Shown here in pieces: positions 27,734-40,873 of a stretch of 64,000 bases of DNA (within the stretch, counting starts at the first letter, position 1; the number at the start of each line of letters is the position of its first letter). The position numbers were made by a program, and so were the translations under genes. Below the pieces are notes generated by a model. The model did not search any database, had not been told where the DNA came from, and saw only the letters and a list, made by a program, of their open reading frames with translations. Origin of the DNA: Podarcis bocagei (Eukaryota); NCBI GenBank assembly GCA_964188305.1, contig OZ076892.1; one strand, given 5' to 3'.

Positions 27734-30620
27734 AGCCCCAGTGGTGGGCGAACTTGTGTGCCACGCTTAACTGGGTTCCTTCCAGTTTGGCCACTGCTCA
27801 GATGCTCGGCCCTTCCCCAGTTGTGTGCCTAGAATCATTCCACTGACAGAGGCTCCTTCTCTCCACCCCCTGTAGGGGAGGTCTGAGCCTGGGTAGGGTA
27901 GATTGGGGTCAGCCAAGGGGAGACTCTGAAGGAAGCAGTGACTGCGCTGCTTCTGTGAGGAGAGGAGCAAGGGCTCTACATCCCCCACCACCTCACTCAA
28001 GCACTTTATTGGACACTTGCTCACACATAGCAGGAGGGTGCTTTTACCAGGGCAAGGGAGCAGTGAGGGAGTTTGCCAGGTTTCTTCTGTTTGGGTCCCA
28101 AGTTAAGGATTTTTGTCTGGGCCTCCCAGCAGCCCCTCTCCAGGCACCGAGTCAAGGGAGCCTGGATTTCTCCTCAGGGAGGTAGTATTTGTATGCAATT
28201 TCCTCACATGTGTTAGATTGAAAGGAAATGGTTAATAGTCTGTTAAATTGCAAACCTGGCAATGTGTTGCCTCACAGCTCTGCAGCCAGGTAGAACTCGA
28301 ATCCCATAGGTGGGAATGGAGTAGGTGTACGTGTGAGAGGATGTTCTAGCTCTGGCTTCTTCAGATATCTCCATCCTGCTCTTAAGCCCCCACCTCCATC
28401 TTCTAGAAAGGCTGCATCCACTTTTGTTGCAGATGCCTTAGATGTTCACAGCTAAGCCAGGTCAGAATGGCCTGGGCTGACTAAGGCTTGTCACAGTTGT
28501 GGATGCCTCGAGTTACAGCCAGCTCCTTTGAAAAGTGCAAGGCAGTTTGTATATAAGAGCATGCTAGTGCACATACAGACACTCCTGCTTTTCCTTGGGG
28601 TGATTAAAGCATTTCCTATTGAGAGTTTGGAGAGGGGACATTCTGGCCACTGTAACCAGCTTGAATGGCCCCCACTACATGTGTAAGATTTCTTTGGATA
28701 TTAGAAAAATGTATTCAGGTTCTTCTGATAAAGATGAAAATTGCTCTTCTGTGTGCACTGGTGACTCAGACAGAATGAAAGAAGATAAAACGTGCAAGTG
28801 GTTAACAGTTTTTGAGCCGAGAAAGCTGTAGAACTGCTTGGGTTCAAGAAGCTGGCTGAGTACCTTCTCCTGCACTGGTGCCCACAACTCGGCAGGGGTG
28901 AGCTCTAGGGCTCTGAATCATAGCTGTGACTCTGCATCAGTGCCATCCAAGTCCCACTCCAGAATAGCAGCCAGGAAGCTCCTCCCACTGCTCCAAATGG
29001 GCAGCCTTGGCTTGTTTCCCTTGGATGTTTTGTCTACAGTTGTTGCTTTTAGGCCATTGCCTACAGGCATTCCTGGCTCACAACGGGAACTGCTTTCCTG
29101 TCTGACCAGCCACCTCATCCACTCCAAGCCCTCTCTATATGAAAGGTGGAAGACTTTGCTGTTCTCCTCTGGAAGGCCCGGCACTTTGCACTATTCCGAG
29201 CCAGGTTTCCCCGCAAACCACCCTCTGCCTTCCTTACTTGCTCTTGGGCTCCCCTGGATTGTGTGCTTACTAGACCAAGGCTCATTTCCATGTAAATGCT
29301 GGCCTAGGTTTCTCCTTTGTCCTTCAGCTCCCCTGCCACCAGGGAGGAGATGTCTGCTTCATGCCATTAGGGCAGAGTGCCCTTCTACTCCCAGGGCTTC
29401 ATGGGAGCTGGATCACTTGCACAGCATCACAGCAGAAGAGCCTGATTGGCCACCTCTTTCATTGGCACCAACTCTGGCCCTCCGTGGCTATTGAGGGTCA
29501 GTTCCCCTCAGTTCATCTGGACCGCCCAACACTACTGCCACCCTGGTCCAGTGCTGTTTCAGGATAGCTTGCTGCACAGCCCTTAGGGCCCAGGACCGAG
29601 TTAGGAATAGAGCTGCAAAATATGGAAGTGTCTTTGGGCACTACTCCATCTGGGGCCGCTGGAGGGTTGGGAGAACCAGCTTCCTAGAGCAATAAGCTAT
29701 TTCTCTCTTGTGACACTACAGCACGACCCCTTTCCAAGCCCTAGTAAATATTTGGGAAGGGCTCCCTAATATGCAATACTGTGGGACTGGCAGCTGCACA
29801 GCTGTGTCCATTTGGCCATTCCATGGGGTAGGATGGGGGCTGCTAAAAGAGACATGTTTCAGTGTGGGGTGCCAAACTAGGGGGTGATGAACTGGGGTCC
29901 TGCTTTTCAGAAGGGCACCAACCAGATACCCTTTCCAGCTAAAACATTTCCCATCCCTTCTTGCCAGCTGTTTCTGTAGCCCCTGCCTGCAAGAGCAAAC
30001 ATCCGCTTATATTAAGTCCCACCTCTGCCCAGAAACACTGAGCGATGGCCTGACCTAGTGGCTTGTTGCAGAGAAAGTTCCTTTGCTATATCTCAAGATG
30101 CACCGAGGAAGAAAGCAAATAGAGTCAGCCTGCCACCCTTCAATCCCTTGCATAGCACCTTAGTTGGGGTGGGTCACCTTCCTGTATGCAGCTGGCAAGG
30201 GGCAAGTGTGTAGCAGCCCTGCAACCAACACCAGTCATCTTCACTCCGAAACCCACTGCATCGTATCTCTAAAGCCTTAGGACTAGCCGAGTGCCCAGCC
30301 CCTTTTCTCCTACCTGATCTTTAATGAAGCATTACCAATCTAAGGAGGATAATCTATTTTGTTGTGCTTTTTTTGTACCTGTTTTAAATAAATCAATTTG
30401 TACTGTATATTTGTATTTTGGGTGAGATCCTTTTTCCCGTTTTACCATTTAAAGTCTCTGTACACACAGATTGTATTTTTATTGTTAATGCTCTTATGAA
30501 TACTGCATTTAACTTGTTGACTTATGTAAACAGTATATATACATATATCTATATCTATATATATCTATATCTATATAATTATAAGCCAATAGCTTTTCCT
30601 TTGATGTGTCTGTGTCTTGC
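27734..30620 (+). other. ATXN1L: ATXN1L 3' UTR (end approximate)
   Basis: Nearly repeat-free stretch ending in an AU/GU-rich block, with AATAAA at 30387-30392. Confidence 0.6.
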
Positions 30621-31559
30621 TTGTCTCCTGGAGAAAATTTTGGCAGAAATACGAAAGCTCATAAAGGAAACTTCCTTACATTCATATGATGGTCACTAAA
30701 GCCCCAAATAGCAATCTTCACACTAGCACAATTAGCTCTGTTCTGTTGTGTAAAAAATTTAACAGGCTGCACATAGGTTTTATGATTTAAGATTAATAGA
30801 ACAGAACAGACCTGGCTAACAAGACAGAGATAACTTCTCCTCGCTTGTGCAGCCAAGTCTCTCCCTTTTACCTAGTTTGGAAGTTGGGCAAGAGACGACA
30901 CAGGCTGCTGACCAAGAAAAGAAATATACCCCTCAGCATGGTCTTCCTCTAGCCTTTGTTTCGAAGTCTGCCTTTCACTGGTGCTCCTTCCACCACCATC
31001 TCTCTACGCACAAAGGCAAGAAGAACATCAGCAGCACTCAAATCTAGGAGCTTTCTCCCTCCCCAACACATATCCCCCCAGAATGTCAAATTCTTCCACA
31101 AACCTCCCATTTGGTGCTGCTGTACCTAAGTCTAGCAGCCACTATGATTAGGCCTAATACACCCCTGTGGGTAACTTGTGAGGCTCCAAGCCGTATTATA
31201 CACCTCCCTCTTCAGGACTCCACCTTCTTTGCTAGTCCCCACTTAAGAGCTCCAGCATGATGTAGTAAGGGGCAGGCTACAGAACTGCAAAGTTCCAGCT
31301 GGATCTTGCCCAGCAAGGAAGCAAGCTGGGCAAGGCAGAAGCAGCAGCTGCCTCTCAAGCTGCTGCAGTGAATTGGCCAAGCCCAAGAGGCACAGACTGA
31401 GGACATGTACAATTAATTTATTTCTGATCACAGCCAGTGCGCCCGCCCCTTCCTCCCTCCCTGCCCCTCTCAGACCGTTGTCACACTCCAGTTCCATGCT
31501 TCACTGGCAGAGCAAGTGGGGCCTCAGCAGACAAGAGCAGGTCCTCCTTTTTACCCTCC

Positions 31560-34500
31560 TCAGTGCAGGGCACTGGGACTCGGCTCCTCAAAGGCCATTT
31601 TACCAAGCAGCTGCCCCTCAAGCTCTAGCCCACCCACTGGCAGTGGGAAGAAGTTCATCTCGGCTGCCAATGCAGCCATGGCCGAGGGGTCCTGGCCAAA
31701 CTGTGCCCGCAGCATCATGTCCATTTTCTCCAGCCGCCGCTTTAGCCTCTTGGCTTCACGCTCCCGGATGAGCCGAGCCTGCCGCTTCTCAGGGGTCTCG
31801 TTGGCCCGCTTGAGGCGCATCGCTTCACGGTCCCGCTGCAGGCGGCGCGCACGCTGCTCGTCCGTCTCCTGCATGCGCTGCAGCCGCTTGGCCTCTCGAT
31901 CCCTCATGCGCCTCACCTCCCGCTCCTCCGCCGTCTCGTTGTCTCGACGGCTCTTCTTAGCTGTGCGCTCTCGCTCCAGGCGCTGCAGCCGCACCTCCAG
32001 GGGCTCGTTCTGCCTTCGCAAGGCCCACTTGCGAACCCCTGGAGCTTGAGCTTCCAGAAGCTTGCGGTAGGCCACACAGCTGTTGCACACCAGGAGGATG
32101 CCAGCAGGATACACTGTGGGGCTGACAGCAGCAGCAGCAGCACCACCACCTGCTTTTTCCTCAGCACCAGAAGAAGCCTCAGGGAGGGGAATGGGCAGGG
32201 CATCTCCACACAGCACCTCTGACACCTTGTCACTGTGAAAGTCAAAGAGTAGAAATGACGGGTGGTCGGCACAGATCTTAAGAAGCCATTGTGTAGGCTT
32301 GCAAGCTACTGCCTTAGCTGTAACCCTCCCCCTCCCTCTGGCCATGCTTACAAGCCACCCCACCCACATGAATGCTGGCCTGCAGAATGCTTCTGGCTGG
32401 GGTCACCTATTCCAGCTGCCTCCAGAAATTGCCAGGTATAACCTCCATTGCTTCCATTGAACAGGGCCCCTCCAGGACTTCCAAAATGCAGCCTGGGCCA
32501 CATTGTCCCAGTCCCACCGTCAGAGATGCCCACTTCTCACCTGTTGAAAGTAGCATGGCTGGTGAAGCGAGCCCCACACACCGCACAGTTGGACAGTTGG
32601 TCCTCGGAGTGGATGAGGAGGTGCCTGCCCAAGGAGCCCGGGGAGCTGAGTGCTCGGCCACAGACGGGACACAGGTAGCTCTTGGCACTGACCACAGCTG
32701 CCGTATGCTGCAAACGAGGCCGGGCTGTGAGGCAAGGGCTCCGCCGCCCTGTCCCCCTCTCAGCTGTCCCTATGAGGGCTGGCAGCCAAGGCCAAGCCAC
32801 GGAAGAGCTCCCTCTTCTGTTAGGGAAAGAAGGAGAGAGACCCGCAAGGCCTTCCCTGGGATGTGGTTCAAACCCACCAGGGGGGATGATTCAAATTGCA
32901 TCCAATGCCAACAGCCCCTGCCCCCATCCCCACCCTTTCCCAGTCCAGGATTACTAATTTCAGCCTGGAAGGAAAGGGGGAGCCAGGGCAGGGATGGTTT
33001 AGCCTTGCGTGATGGTCTCATCAAAGCCCCCTCTAAGTACCTGATAGACGTGAGTGACAAGCTGCTCCCTGCTTCCACACTCTAGCTGGCAGAGGGGACA
33101 ACGGGAGAGTCCCATCAGGGTATCTGGGCTGGCATTTAAACCCATCTGCAAGCAAGGAAAAGCAGGCTAAGGAAACAGCAGAGGACAAGACCCATACCTG
33201 GTATTCTGCCACATGCATACACATACCCCTCCCCCCAACTAATGCTGCACCAGACCCTTTAAGACCATGTTGACGGATTCTCTACAATGTAAGATTAGCC
33301 CTGTGCAATCAGATTGAGGGTCTACCTAGTTGTGTATTGTCTTTCTAACACACAGCAGCCAACCAAATGCCTCTTCTGGGAAGCCCAGAATGAGATGACA
33401 ACAGCTCTATCACTCCCCTTGCCCCCATTACTATTAGGGAACTCTAATGCCAAAAAGTCCAGACCCAATCACTTGAGCCTGCTGCAGTGATCACTTGGAC
33501 ACATCAATGGACCAGGCCCAGGAATCCCAGAGTGGGCTATACAATCCTCTTTCTCCATGCTAGGGCCATCCAAGAGTCTGCTATTGCTATTCTCCCTTCC
33601 ACCGAGTAACCACAGCAGTGTTGCACTTTTGCTTTAGTATGTGTTGACTACGGCCAATGTGATGCACTTGCCTCATGGCCTCGAGCGACCTGCTTGCTGC
33701 AGCCCAGCTGCTCAGTAAGTTCCAGTTCCTTTTTCACTGTCGCTGATGCTCCGTCCTCCTCAGAAGCATGGGAGGAGACCTCATCTTGTGTTGTCTCATC
33801 CCCCTCGCTATCACCTGGAATACAGAACAGCTTTAGGCCTCTGCCACAGACCAGCTGACAGGATTCCAAAGCAGCATGCAGGTGTTTGGTCTCTCCCAGG
33901 TGTCCCAGAGCTGCCCTTGTGTACAAGATGGGGAAACTCACTGTTGCTGCTGCTGCTGCTACTGCTGCTGTTGGAGTCTTTTTCTTGTGGTGGAGGTGGC
34001 AGCTGCTGCATGAGTGGTGACTGGGCTCCAAGCAGCCCAGGGAAGTCTCTTCGCATCATGGCCTGACGTGTGTGCTCTTCTAACCCAGCAAAGACTTGCT
34101 CCCCTGGAAGTACAATGGGGGAGGAAGAAGCCGCATTAGCCCATTGCCCTTCCCAAGCCCAGTCATTCTTTGCCCCCTCCTCAGATGCCCAGTGATGGTC
34201 TCCCCTACCTGAAGATGGCCCAGAATGGGACTAATGCCTGGGCTCCATTCCCCAAAACAGCTTTCCCCAAACCCTTCCTGCAAAGCAACAGTGGCCTGAC
34301 CAATCCGTCCCTTCGCATCCTTTCCAACATGACCTGGAAATACAAATGTCTTCAGCAGCATTAAGCACACAGGAAGGGCTCTTGCCTGCCCTGGCTCCGC
34401 CCTAGAATTTGCATGTGCTCTCCCACCCCCCCCCGGGGCCCATATTTTGGAAGAGCTTGTCCTGCCATACAGGTTCTCCTCCAGGGGTAAAGCTGTTACA

Positions 34501-35173
34501 TGTGTGTAAAAGATGCTTTAGTATAGGCAATAGCAAACCTACTTATCTACTTTTGCAAGCCAAATTTGTGGTGGGAGACTTCTGTGGATTTTGTAGTCCA
34601 GGTTTAGTTATCTGCTTTAGTTCCTCCTTGATATGTTTTCTCTTAAGTTGTGCAAAGTGGGCAGTGCTTGCCTGAAATTGCCAGACTCTTTCCTGGGCCT
34701 TTGCTATTTCCATTCTGATCCTAAAGCTATCATGGTGCCTGGAAGTCCCCTGTTCCTCATTGTGCAAGGGAGACTAGCCAGCCATTCCCAACTAGTGCTG
34801 AAAAGCTGTTCATTTGCAGAAGAAACATCAGTGGGTAAGGTGGCCCAATGAGAGACAGAATGCCACTAGAATGGCGGAGAGGGGTTCTGAGCCCCCAGAG
34901 TACCTAAGGAGCCCTTAGGCTCCAAGAGGTGGTACGTGGACATGTCTCAGCTCAGCCAACAAATCCTCGATGCTGGGCAGGGAGTCCCCACCAGGGCTAT
35001 GGGAGAAGAATGCAGCAAATAGTGGAGGGGAGGGCTGTCCCCCCCATCATTTTGCGGATGAGGATGCCTCGCTTGAGCGGGGGAAGGGGGTGAAGGTGGA
35101 AGTGACAACAGCCCCCCTCCCCTTATTACTCACAGTGGACTTTATTGGGGGTGGTCTGTTTCCGACGGGACAT
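31560..35173 (-). CDS. ZNF821: Zinc finger protein 821 (C2H2 fingers + STPR domain), 429 aa
   Basis: Starts MSRRKQTTPNKVHW. Exons 35173-35134, 34103-33942, 33814-33672 (GC donor), 33145-33041, 32707-32541, 32232-31560 total 1290 nt. Zinc fingers CPLCQLECGSREQLVTHVYQH and CPVCGRALSSPGSLGRHLLIH; 23-aa STPR repeats (ETAEEREVRR.., ETDEQRARRL.., ETPEKRQARL..). AATAAA on minus at 31422-31417. Confidence 0.96.
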
Positions 35174-35199
35174 GGTTCCCCCCCCCCCAGGGGGGGCGC

Positions 35200-36950
35200 A
35201 CCTGCGGAAAGAAGAGCCCTGTCACCATGCGGGGGATGACCAGGGTAGGCGAGCGGGGGGCGTTTAGAGATCAGCCCCCACCCCGCGCTGGAGCAAATCC
35301 TCGGCCCTTACCTGACTCCGTCGCCCGGCCTGGACTCGCCCAGCAGCGCTGCAGGAGGACAAAGGGCCGCCCGGGCTGGCAGACAGACAGACAGAGGAAG
35401 ATGGCGGCACGGCGGGAGCGCCCGGCTCGTGCACGGCGGGACCGACGGACAGACAGGCGGACGGGGGCGCGCTGCGCTGGAGCCCTCCCCTCCCCTCCGA
35501 GCGGAGCGCGCCTCCTGCCTGGCAGCAGGGGCGCCGATCCCGAGGCCGGCGCAGGCGCTCAGCCGGGAGGGGGTCCCGCAGCCATCAGGCCGGCGCCTCC
35601 GGGGGCTTCACGCACCCAGACGAGCCAGCAGGGCCAGAGTTGTGTCCTTCGGCGCTCTCCACGGGCCCAGCTACCGAGGAGGAGGAGGAGGAGCAGGAGC
35701 AACTGCTGCTGCTGCAACCCGCCTCCCTTGCCCCGAGTCGCCTCCTTCCACGGGGCCGCTTCTCCTCTTGTCGGAGCGGCAGCGCCGCGGTGCTAGTGGC
35801 GGGGCTGCCGCCGTCCCCGCCTCTTTTCAAGCCACGAGCAGGGGGACCCGATTGACGCCCCCGCCATGCCCTGCAAGGTGCCCGGCCATTCACGCGAGCG
35901 CCCCTACAGCGTGAGGGCTCCAGTCTGCCGCGCGACGCCCCCGGGGATGGGAAGCAGCTCGGAGGGAGGGGGGCAGTGGGCGGGGCCGCCGCCTCTTCCT
36001 CCTCCTTCTCCGACGTCGTACCCGACGAGGCCGGAACTCTCCAGCCGCGGTTGAGGGCTATGGAGGGACCTCAATGAAGGTAACGCTCGCTTTAGGAAGT
36101 ACGACTTTTATTGAGGTCCCTCTTTCTCCGGAGAGAGATCCCTCCGCCCGTAAAGTAGTTCCGTACCAACACAAAGCGCCCCGTGCGTCGCTGCACTGTA
36201 TCTTGGAGAAGCCGCGTCGCAGACGGAGGGCCGGACGCTGCTAGGAACTACGACTATTGCTTTTGCTACTGTCGCTGTCGCGCACCTCCTCCTCCTGAAA
36301 AGCAGAGAAGAGACGTATCCCTCCGCCTGCCCAGCTGAGGCTGGACCCGTGACGCCTCCGACGCCACCTTCGCTGCCTGCCGGGACAGACGGAGACAAAA
36401 AGACTCCCCCCCCCCGCCCCCGGGTAAGGCCGTCCCGGCTGACCGCCTTCGCTCGGCTCTGCGTTTTCCGGGGAGCGGGGCCGTTGCCCTCCTTGGACGA
36501 CTCGAGGTCCTGGTTCCCGCCGCCCTCACAAGCCTCCCCCGCCTTCCCGGTCGCCTTTCGTCCGAGGAACGGGCCGAGGCAGGGAAGGGCCCCGGGAAAG
36601 GCGAGAGAGGGCCGGAGGAGCCGCCGCCTGAAGCTGCCTTCGGCCAGCCGGTGGCGGGAGGCGCGGGCGAAGAAGCGGCGCTTCCTGGTCCGCGGCTGGC
36701 GGGCTTGGCCTCTGCCCAGCCGACCGCTCGCCTTCCCTTCCGGCTCTTGCTCCTGCCACTGGCCGGGAATGGCTCCTCCTTGGGCCTGTAGCACATCGAA
36801 ACTGGCTGTCTGGGCCACGGGTCGGGCGGCGCTCGTGTTTCGCCTTTGGGGTCTCTGAACCCGGAGCGGGCAGCTGCCTGTGTCTATCCGAAAGCGAAGC
36901 CGTTGCCGGAAGAAGAGTTGAGAATTGCCTTCGTGCCTCTGTAGTTCAGC
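35200..36950. promoter_or_regulatory. Bidirectional CpG-island promoter shared by ZNF821 and IST1
   Basis: CpG island between head-to-head genes. ZNF821 5' UTR donor CAG|gtaagg at 35312 (minus); IST1 exon-1 donor CGG|gtaagg at 36423 (plus); YY1-like AAGATGGCGGC at about 35398. Confidence 0.8.
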
Positions 36951-37216
36951 TACCTGCAAACTCCCCCACCCTCTTGGAGCAAATCCTCCACCAGCTCCCA
37001 CATAGGTGGGAGCTGAGCTCTCTACCGCTTCCAGTGCTGAAAAGCGGGGCAGGTTTGTCCTCCAGGGATTGAAACTGGTTAAAGAGATCCAAGGTTGTGA
37101 GCTGCCCCTTGTGCTGTATATGGTTGGGCCTGGCTGATCAAATCATGTACAAAAGGGGGGGGAAACCAGAAATCTGTTGCTTGCACAGATGAAAGTGCTC
37201 TACACATACATACAGA

Positions 37217-37219
<3 letters not shown>

Positions 37220-37250
<31 letters not shown>
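37220..37250. repeat. (CA)n microsatellite
   Basis: Direct reading. Confidence 0.95.
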
Positions 37251-37252
<2 letters not shown>

Positions 37253-37599
37253 GCATTTCTTAAATAGGTTTTGACATACTGTACTATTACACACACTTGA
37301 GTCTGTATGGGCTCTGTTTAAAAATGGCTGGCATTTATAGTCTATTCAAACATTTATTCTTGCTGTATACGAAAATTCGCATTAAAATTACTTATATTTG
37401 CTTGTTTGCTTTATTATATATTTGCAGCGGAGATAAAACATTACAGCTCGCAACCTTTCCACATTCAAACCAATCCAGATTCTGAGATCTGAGACCATTC
37501 ACTGTCTGCCTCTCCAAAAGATGTTCAGTAGGTAGCAACAAGAGTACAGATCCCCCCCCCCGCTCCAATTGTGAAATGCTCCAGCACCATGCAAAAAAT

Positions 37600-37809
37600 A
37601 AATTGATTAATTTGAAAAATGTCCAGTAGCACCTTAGAGGCTACCTAAGTTTGTTCTGGGTATAAGCTTTTGTGCACATGCACACTTCTTCAGATACCTA
37701 CGAAACCTTATACCCAGAACAAACTTAGCTGGTCTCTAAGGTGCTCCTGGACATTTATTATTTTTTTTTGACTGCGTTAGACCAACACAGCTACCTACCT
37801 GAATCTAGA
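37600..37809. mobile_element. Penelope-like retroelement remnant with inverted terminal segments
   Basis: Inverted copies AATGTCCAGTAGCACCTTAGAG..AAGTTTGTTCTGGGTATAAG and TATACCCAGAACAAACTTAG..TCTAAGGTGCTCCTGGACATT. Flanking direct repeat ACCATGCAAAAAA (about 37587 and 37810). Contains a hammerhead-like core. Confidence 0.7.
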
Positions 37810-38139
37810 ACCATGCAAAAAAGTTATTCTCAGCATTTGGACAGTGCTGATGATTGAGATTTTTGAGAATACTGGTGTCCTGCTTGTGTAGAGCAGGGAA
37901 TATTGTGTTTAGATTAATTTTTGAGCACTTTTGGTGTTTTATATTTGTATCACTTTTTTGAATTTTAAATGTATTTTGTATTTTATTCTAAATAACTCTG
38001 GAATGGCTCTGAATGTGCAAAGCAATATATAAATATTACAAGTAGAATATATCTACACAGGAAACTGCTAGCTGTCTGCCTTTAACACACATGACAGTAG
38101 GCTTTTTCTCTCTTGTATTCTTGGCAGGAATTCTACACC

Positions 38140-40873
38140 ATGTTAGGCTCTGGGTTCAAGGCCGAGCGCTTGCGAGTCAACCTACGACTTGTCATCAATC
38201 GCCTCAAACTGTTGGAGAAAAAGAAAAGTGAGTGGACTTTCCTACCTAATTCCTTGACCTCATCACCAGAGCAGTGATTCAGGAGGTTTCTGGTAGTCGT
38301 GGTGTCCCACAACACCATGTGCAGGCTATAAATTAAGAGATGCTTAATTTATAGCCTGCACATGTTGTTTCAGTGTATCCGAAGAAGTGTGCATGCACAC
38401 GGAAGCTTATACTACTCAGTTGGTCTCTAGGGTGCTACATTATAATTTTTAAATTCTTTTGGAAGGGTTCTTTTAAAGACTTCCTTAGATCATATAACTT
38501 TTTTGAAGACTTGATTTTTAAAGGGAGTTTTTAGGTTTTTAAGAAGAGTCTTTTTAACTATCTTTTAAAACAATTGTTTTAATTTATTTTGACATGTCAG
38601 AGTGTAAGTGTGGAATTGCTTGTGTGTGTGTACTGTATTTCAAAGATGCTGAGAATTGTGGTCATTGGGATGGGGGTGTGGATTCTGTGAAGAGTTCTTA
38701 GGTTTGTGGACTTGTGTCCAGTTATAGCCCCACTGTACTCATTGAATGGACATGGTTACTTAATTTCAATATGTCTATTCTGAGTATACCGTATTTTTCG
38801 CCCTATAGGATGCACCGTCCCATAAGGTGCACCTAGTTGTTTTTTTTTGGGGGGGGAATAAAGGAAAAAAATTATTCCCCTCCCCCAGGTGCGGGGCTGG
38901 GGCGGGGAAGCCCGAGCTTCCCCCGACCCCAGCCCCCAGAACAGGCAACTCTCCGCAAGCTGTGGGAGCCCAGCACCGGGCTCCCGCGCCTTGCGAAGAG
39001 CTGCGCGAAGTCTGGGCGCGCTGAGCTCAGCGCACCCAGGCTTCAGCATGCAGGCAACTCTCCGCAAGCCGTGGGAGCCCAGTGCTGGGCTCGCGTGCTT
39101 TGCGGAGAGCTGCGCGGAGCCTGGAGAGCAAGAGGGGTCGGTGTGCACCGACCCCTCTCGCTCTCCAGGCTTCAGCGAAAGCCTGTGTTCGCCCCATAGG
39201 ACGCACACACATTTCCCCTTCATTTTTGGAGGGGGGAAAGTGCGTCCTATAGGGCGAAAGATACGGTAACTTAGTTGGAGACAACCCACAGTCCTTCTTG
39301 GTGGAGCCCCTCTCTTTGCATACACAAACACCCCAGGCAGGGCCAGGGCAGGCTTGTGGGCCTCCCCTGCTGCCCCATGATGAACCCTTTTCTTGCAGCT
39401 GAGCTAGCCCAGAAGGCACGGAAGGAAATTGCTGACTACCTGTCTGCTGGCAAAGATGAGCGGGCTCGCATCCGTGTGGAGCACATCATCCGGGAGGACT
39501 ACTTGGTGGAGGCCATGGAGATCCTGGAGCTCTACTGTGACTTGCTTCTGGCACGCTTTGGCCTCATACAATCTATGAAGTAAGGTCTTGGCCTATGGGG
39601 AAGAGGGTGCTGGGTGCCTGCCACGTGTCCCCTCCCCTCGGTCTGCTAGGTCTGGGACCTATTTGTCCTCCTTGTCTTTCAACTACTTGTTCACTCTTGC
39701 CTTACTTTGTGTCCCTTCAGGGAGCTGGACTCCGGCCTGGCAGAAGCTGTCTCCACCCTCATCTGGGCTGCCCCCCGACTGCAAGCGGAGGTGGCTGAGC
39801 TGAAAATGGTGAGTAGTGCCAGTTGTGTCTTGGCAGGCTGCTCAGCCTTCCTGGACATCTGGGGGCAGCAGTTGGGAAAAGACTTTGATCTATCCTCACA
39901 GGATGCTCAGAGAACTTGGTGACTTTCTTGTTTGATCTGGGAGTTTAGGTTGGCTCCAGTCTCCAAACTCCTGAACCTTTTGTCCAGGGGTGCTGCGATA
40001 GTTGCTGTGCCCTGTCTTAAATAGAGGGGAGTCAGTGGTGCCTGGACTCTGTTTTGAGTGTGCCATTTCCATACTAGGTTGCTGACCAGCTCTGTGCCAA
40101 GTACAGCAAAGAGTATGGCAAGTTGTGCCGGAGCAACCAGATTGGGACCGTCAATGACAGGGTGAGTGGAATGGGAAGGGCATCATGAGGGTGAGATGGC
40201 GGTAAGGCTCTCAGGAGCTACTAACCACAATGGCTACGTCTTCCTCTGCTGTCAGAAGTGATCTGCTCCTGAAGTCAGTTGCTGGGAATCGCAGGTGAAG
40301 GAGAGCACTGCTGCTGCTCCACTCAGGGGCTTCTTGTTGGGGCATCCGTTTGGCCACTGTGAGGACAGGATGCTGGGCTAGACAGGCGGATCCAGCAGGC
40401 TGTTCTTATGGGAGGGAACGATATCAGTGCTTCATAAAGATGAGTTGTTTGCAGCAGGTGGTCCTGCCTGTGGTGCTTCACCAGGCAAGGTAGAAATTTA
40501 TCTTTTTTCTGGCTTGGATATCTCTTAGCTAGGTAAGTGTTCTTGACCTGCCCAGCTCAGTGAAGGGCTCACTCTTCCCTCCCTCCCTTCCAGCTGATGC
40601 ACAAGTTGAGCGTAGAGGCACCTCCCAAAATCCTAGTGGAGAGGTACCTGATTGAGATCGCAAAGAACTACAACGTGCCCTATGAGCCAGACTCCGTTGT
40701 CATGGTGAGTGAATGGGAGGCAGTTCCACTCTCAATTCCCTCAGTAGCAGCTCCCTTTCCCACATGTGACATCAGCTTCTTCCTCTTCCCAGGCTGAGGC
40801 TCCCGCAGGCGTGGAAGCTGACCTGATTGATGTGGGATTCGTGGATGATACAAAGAAAGGTGGCCGTGGAGGT

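Noticed and set aside
34543-34767. Lys/Gln-rich ORF in a ZNF821 intron
   Set aside because: Not needed for the ZNF821 frame; no homology; no convincing splice-site pair.
35227-37001. Overlapping 160-297-aa ORFs
   Set aside because: GC-rich bidirectional promoter artefacts.
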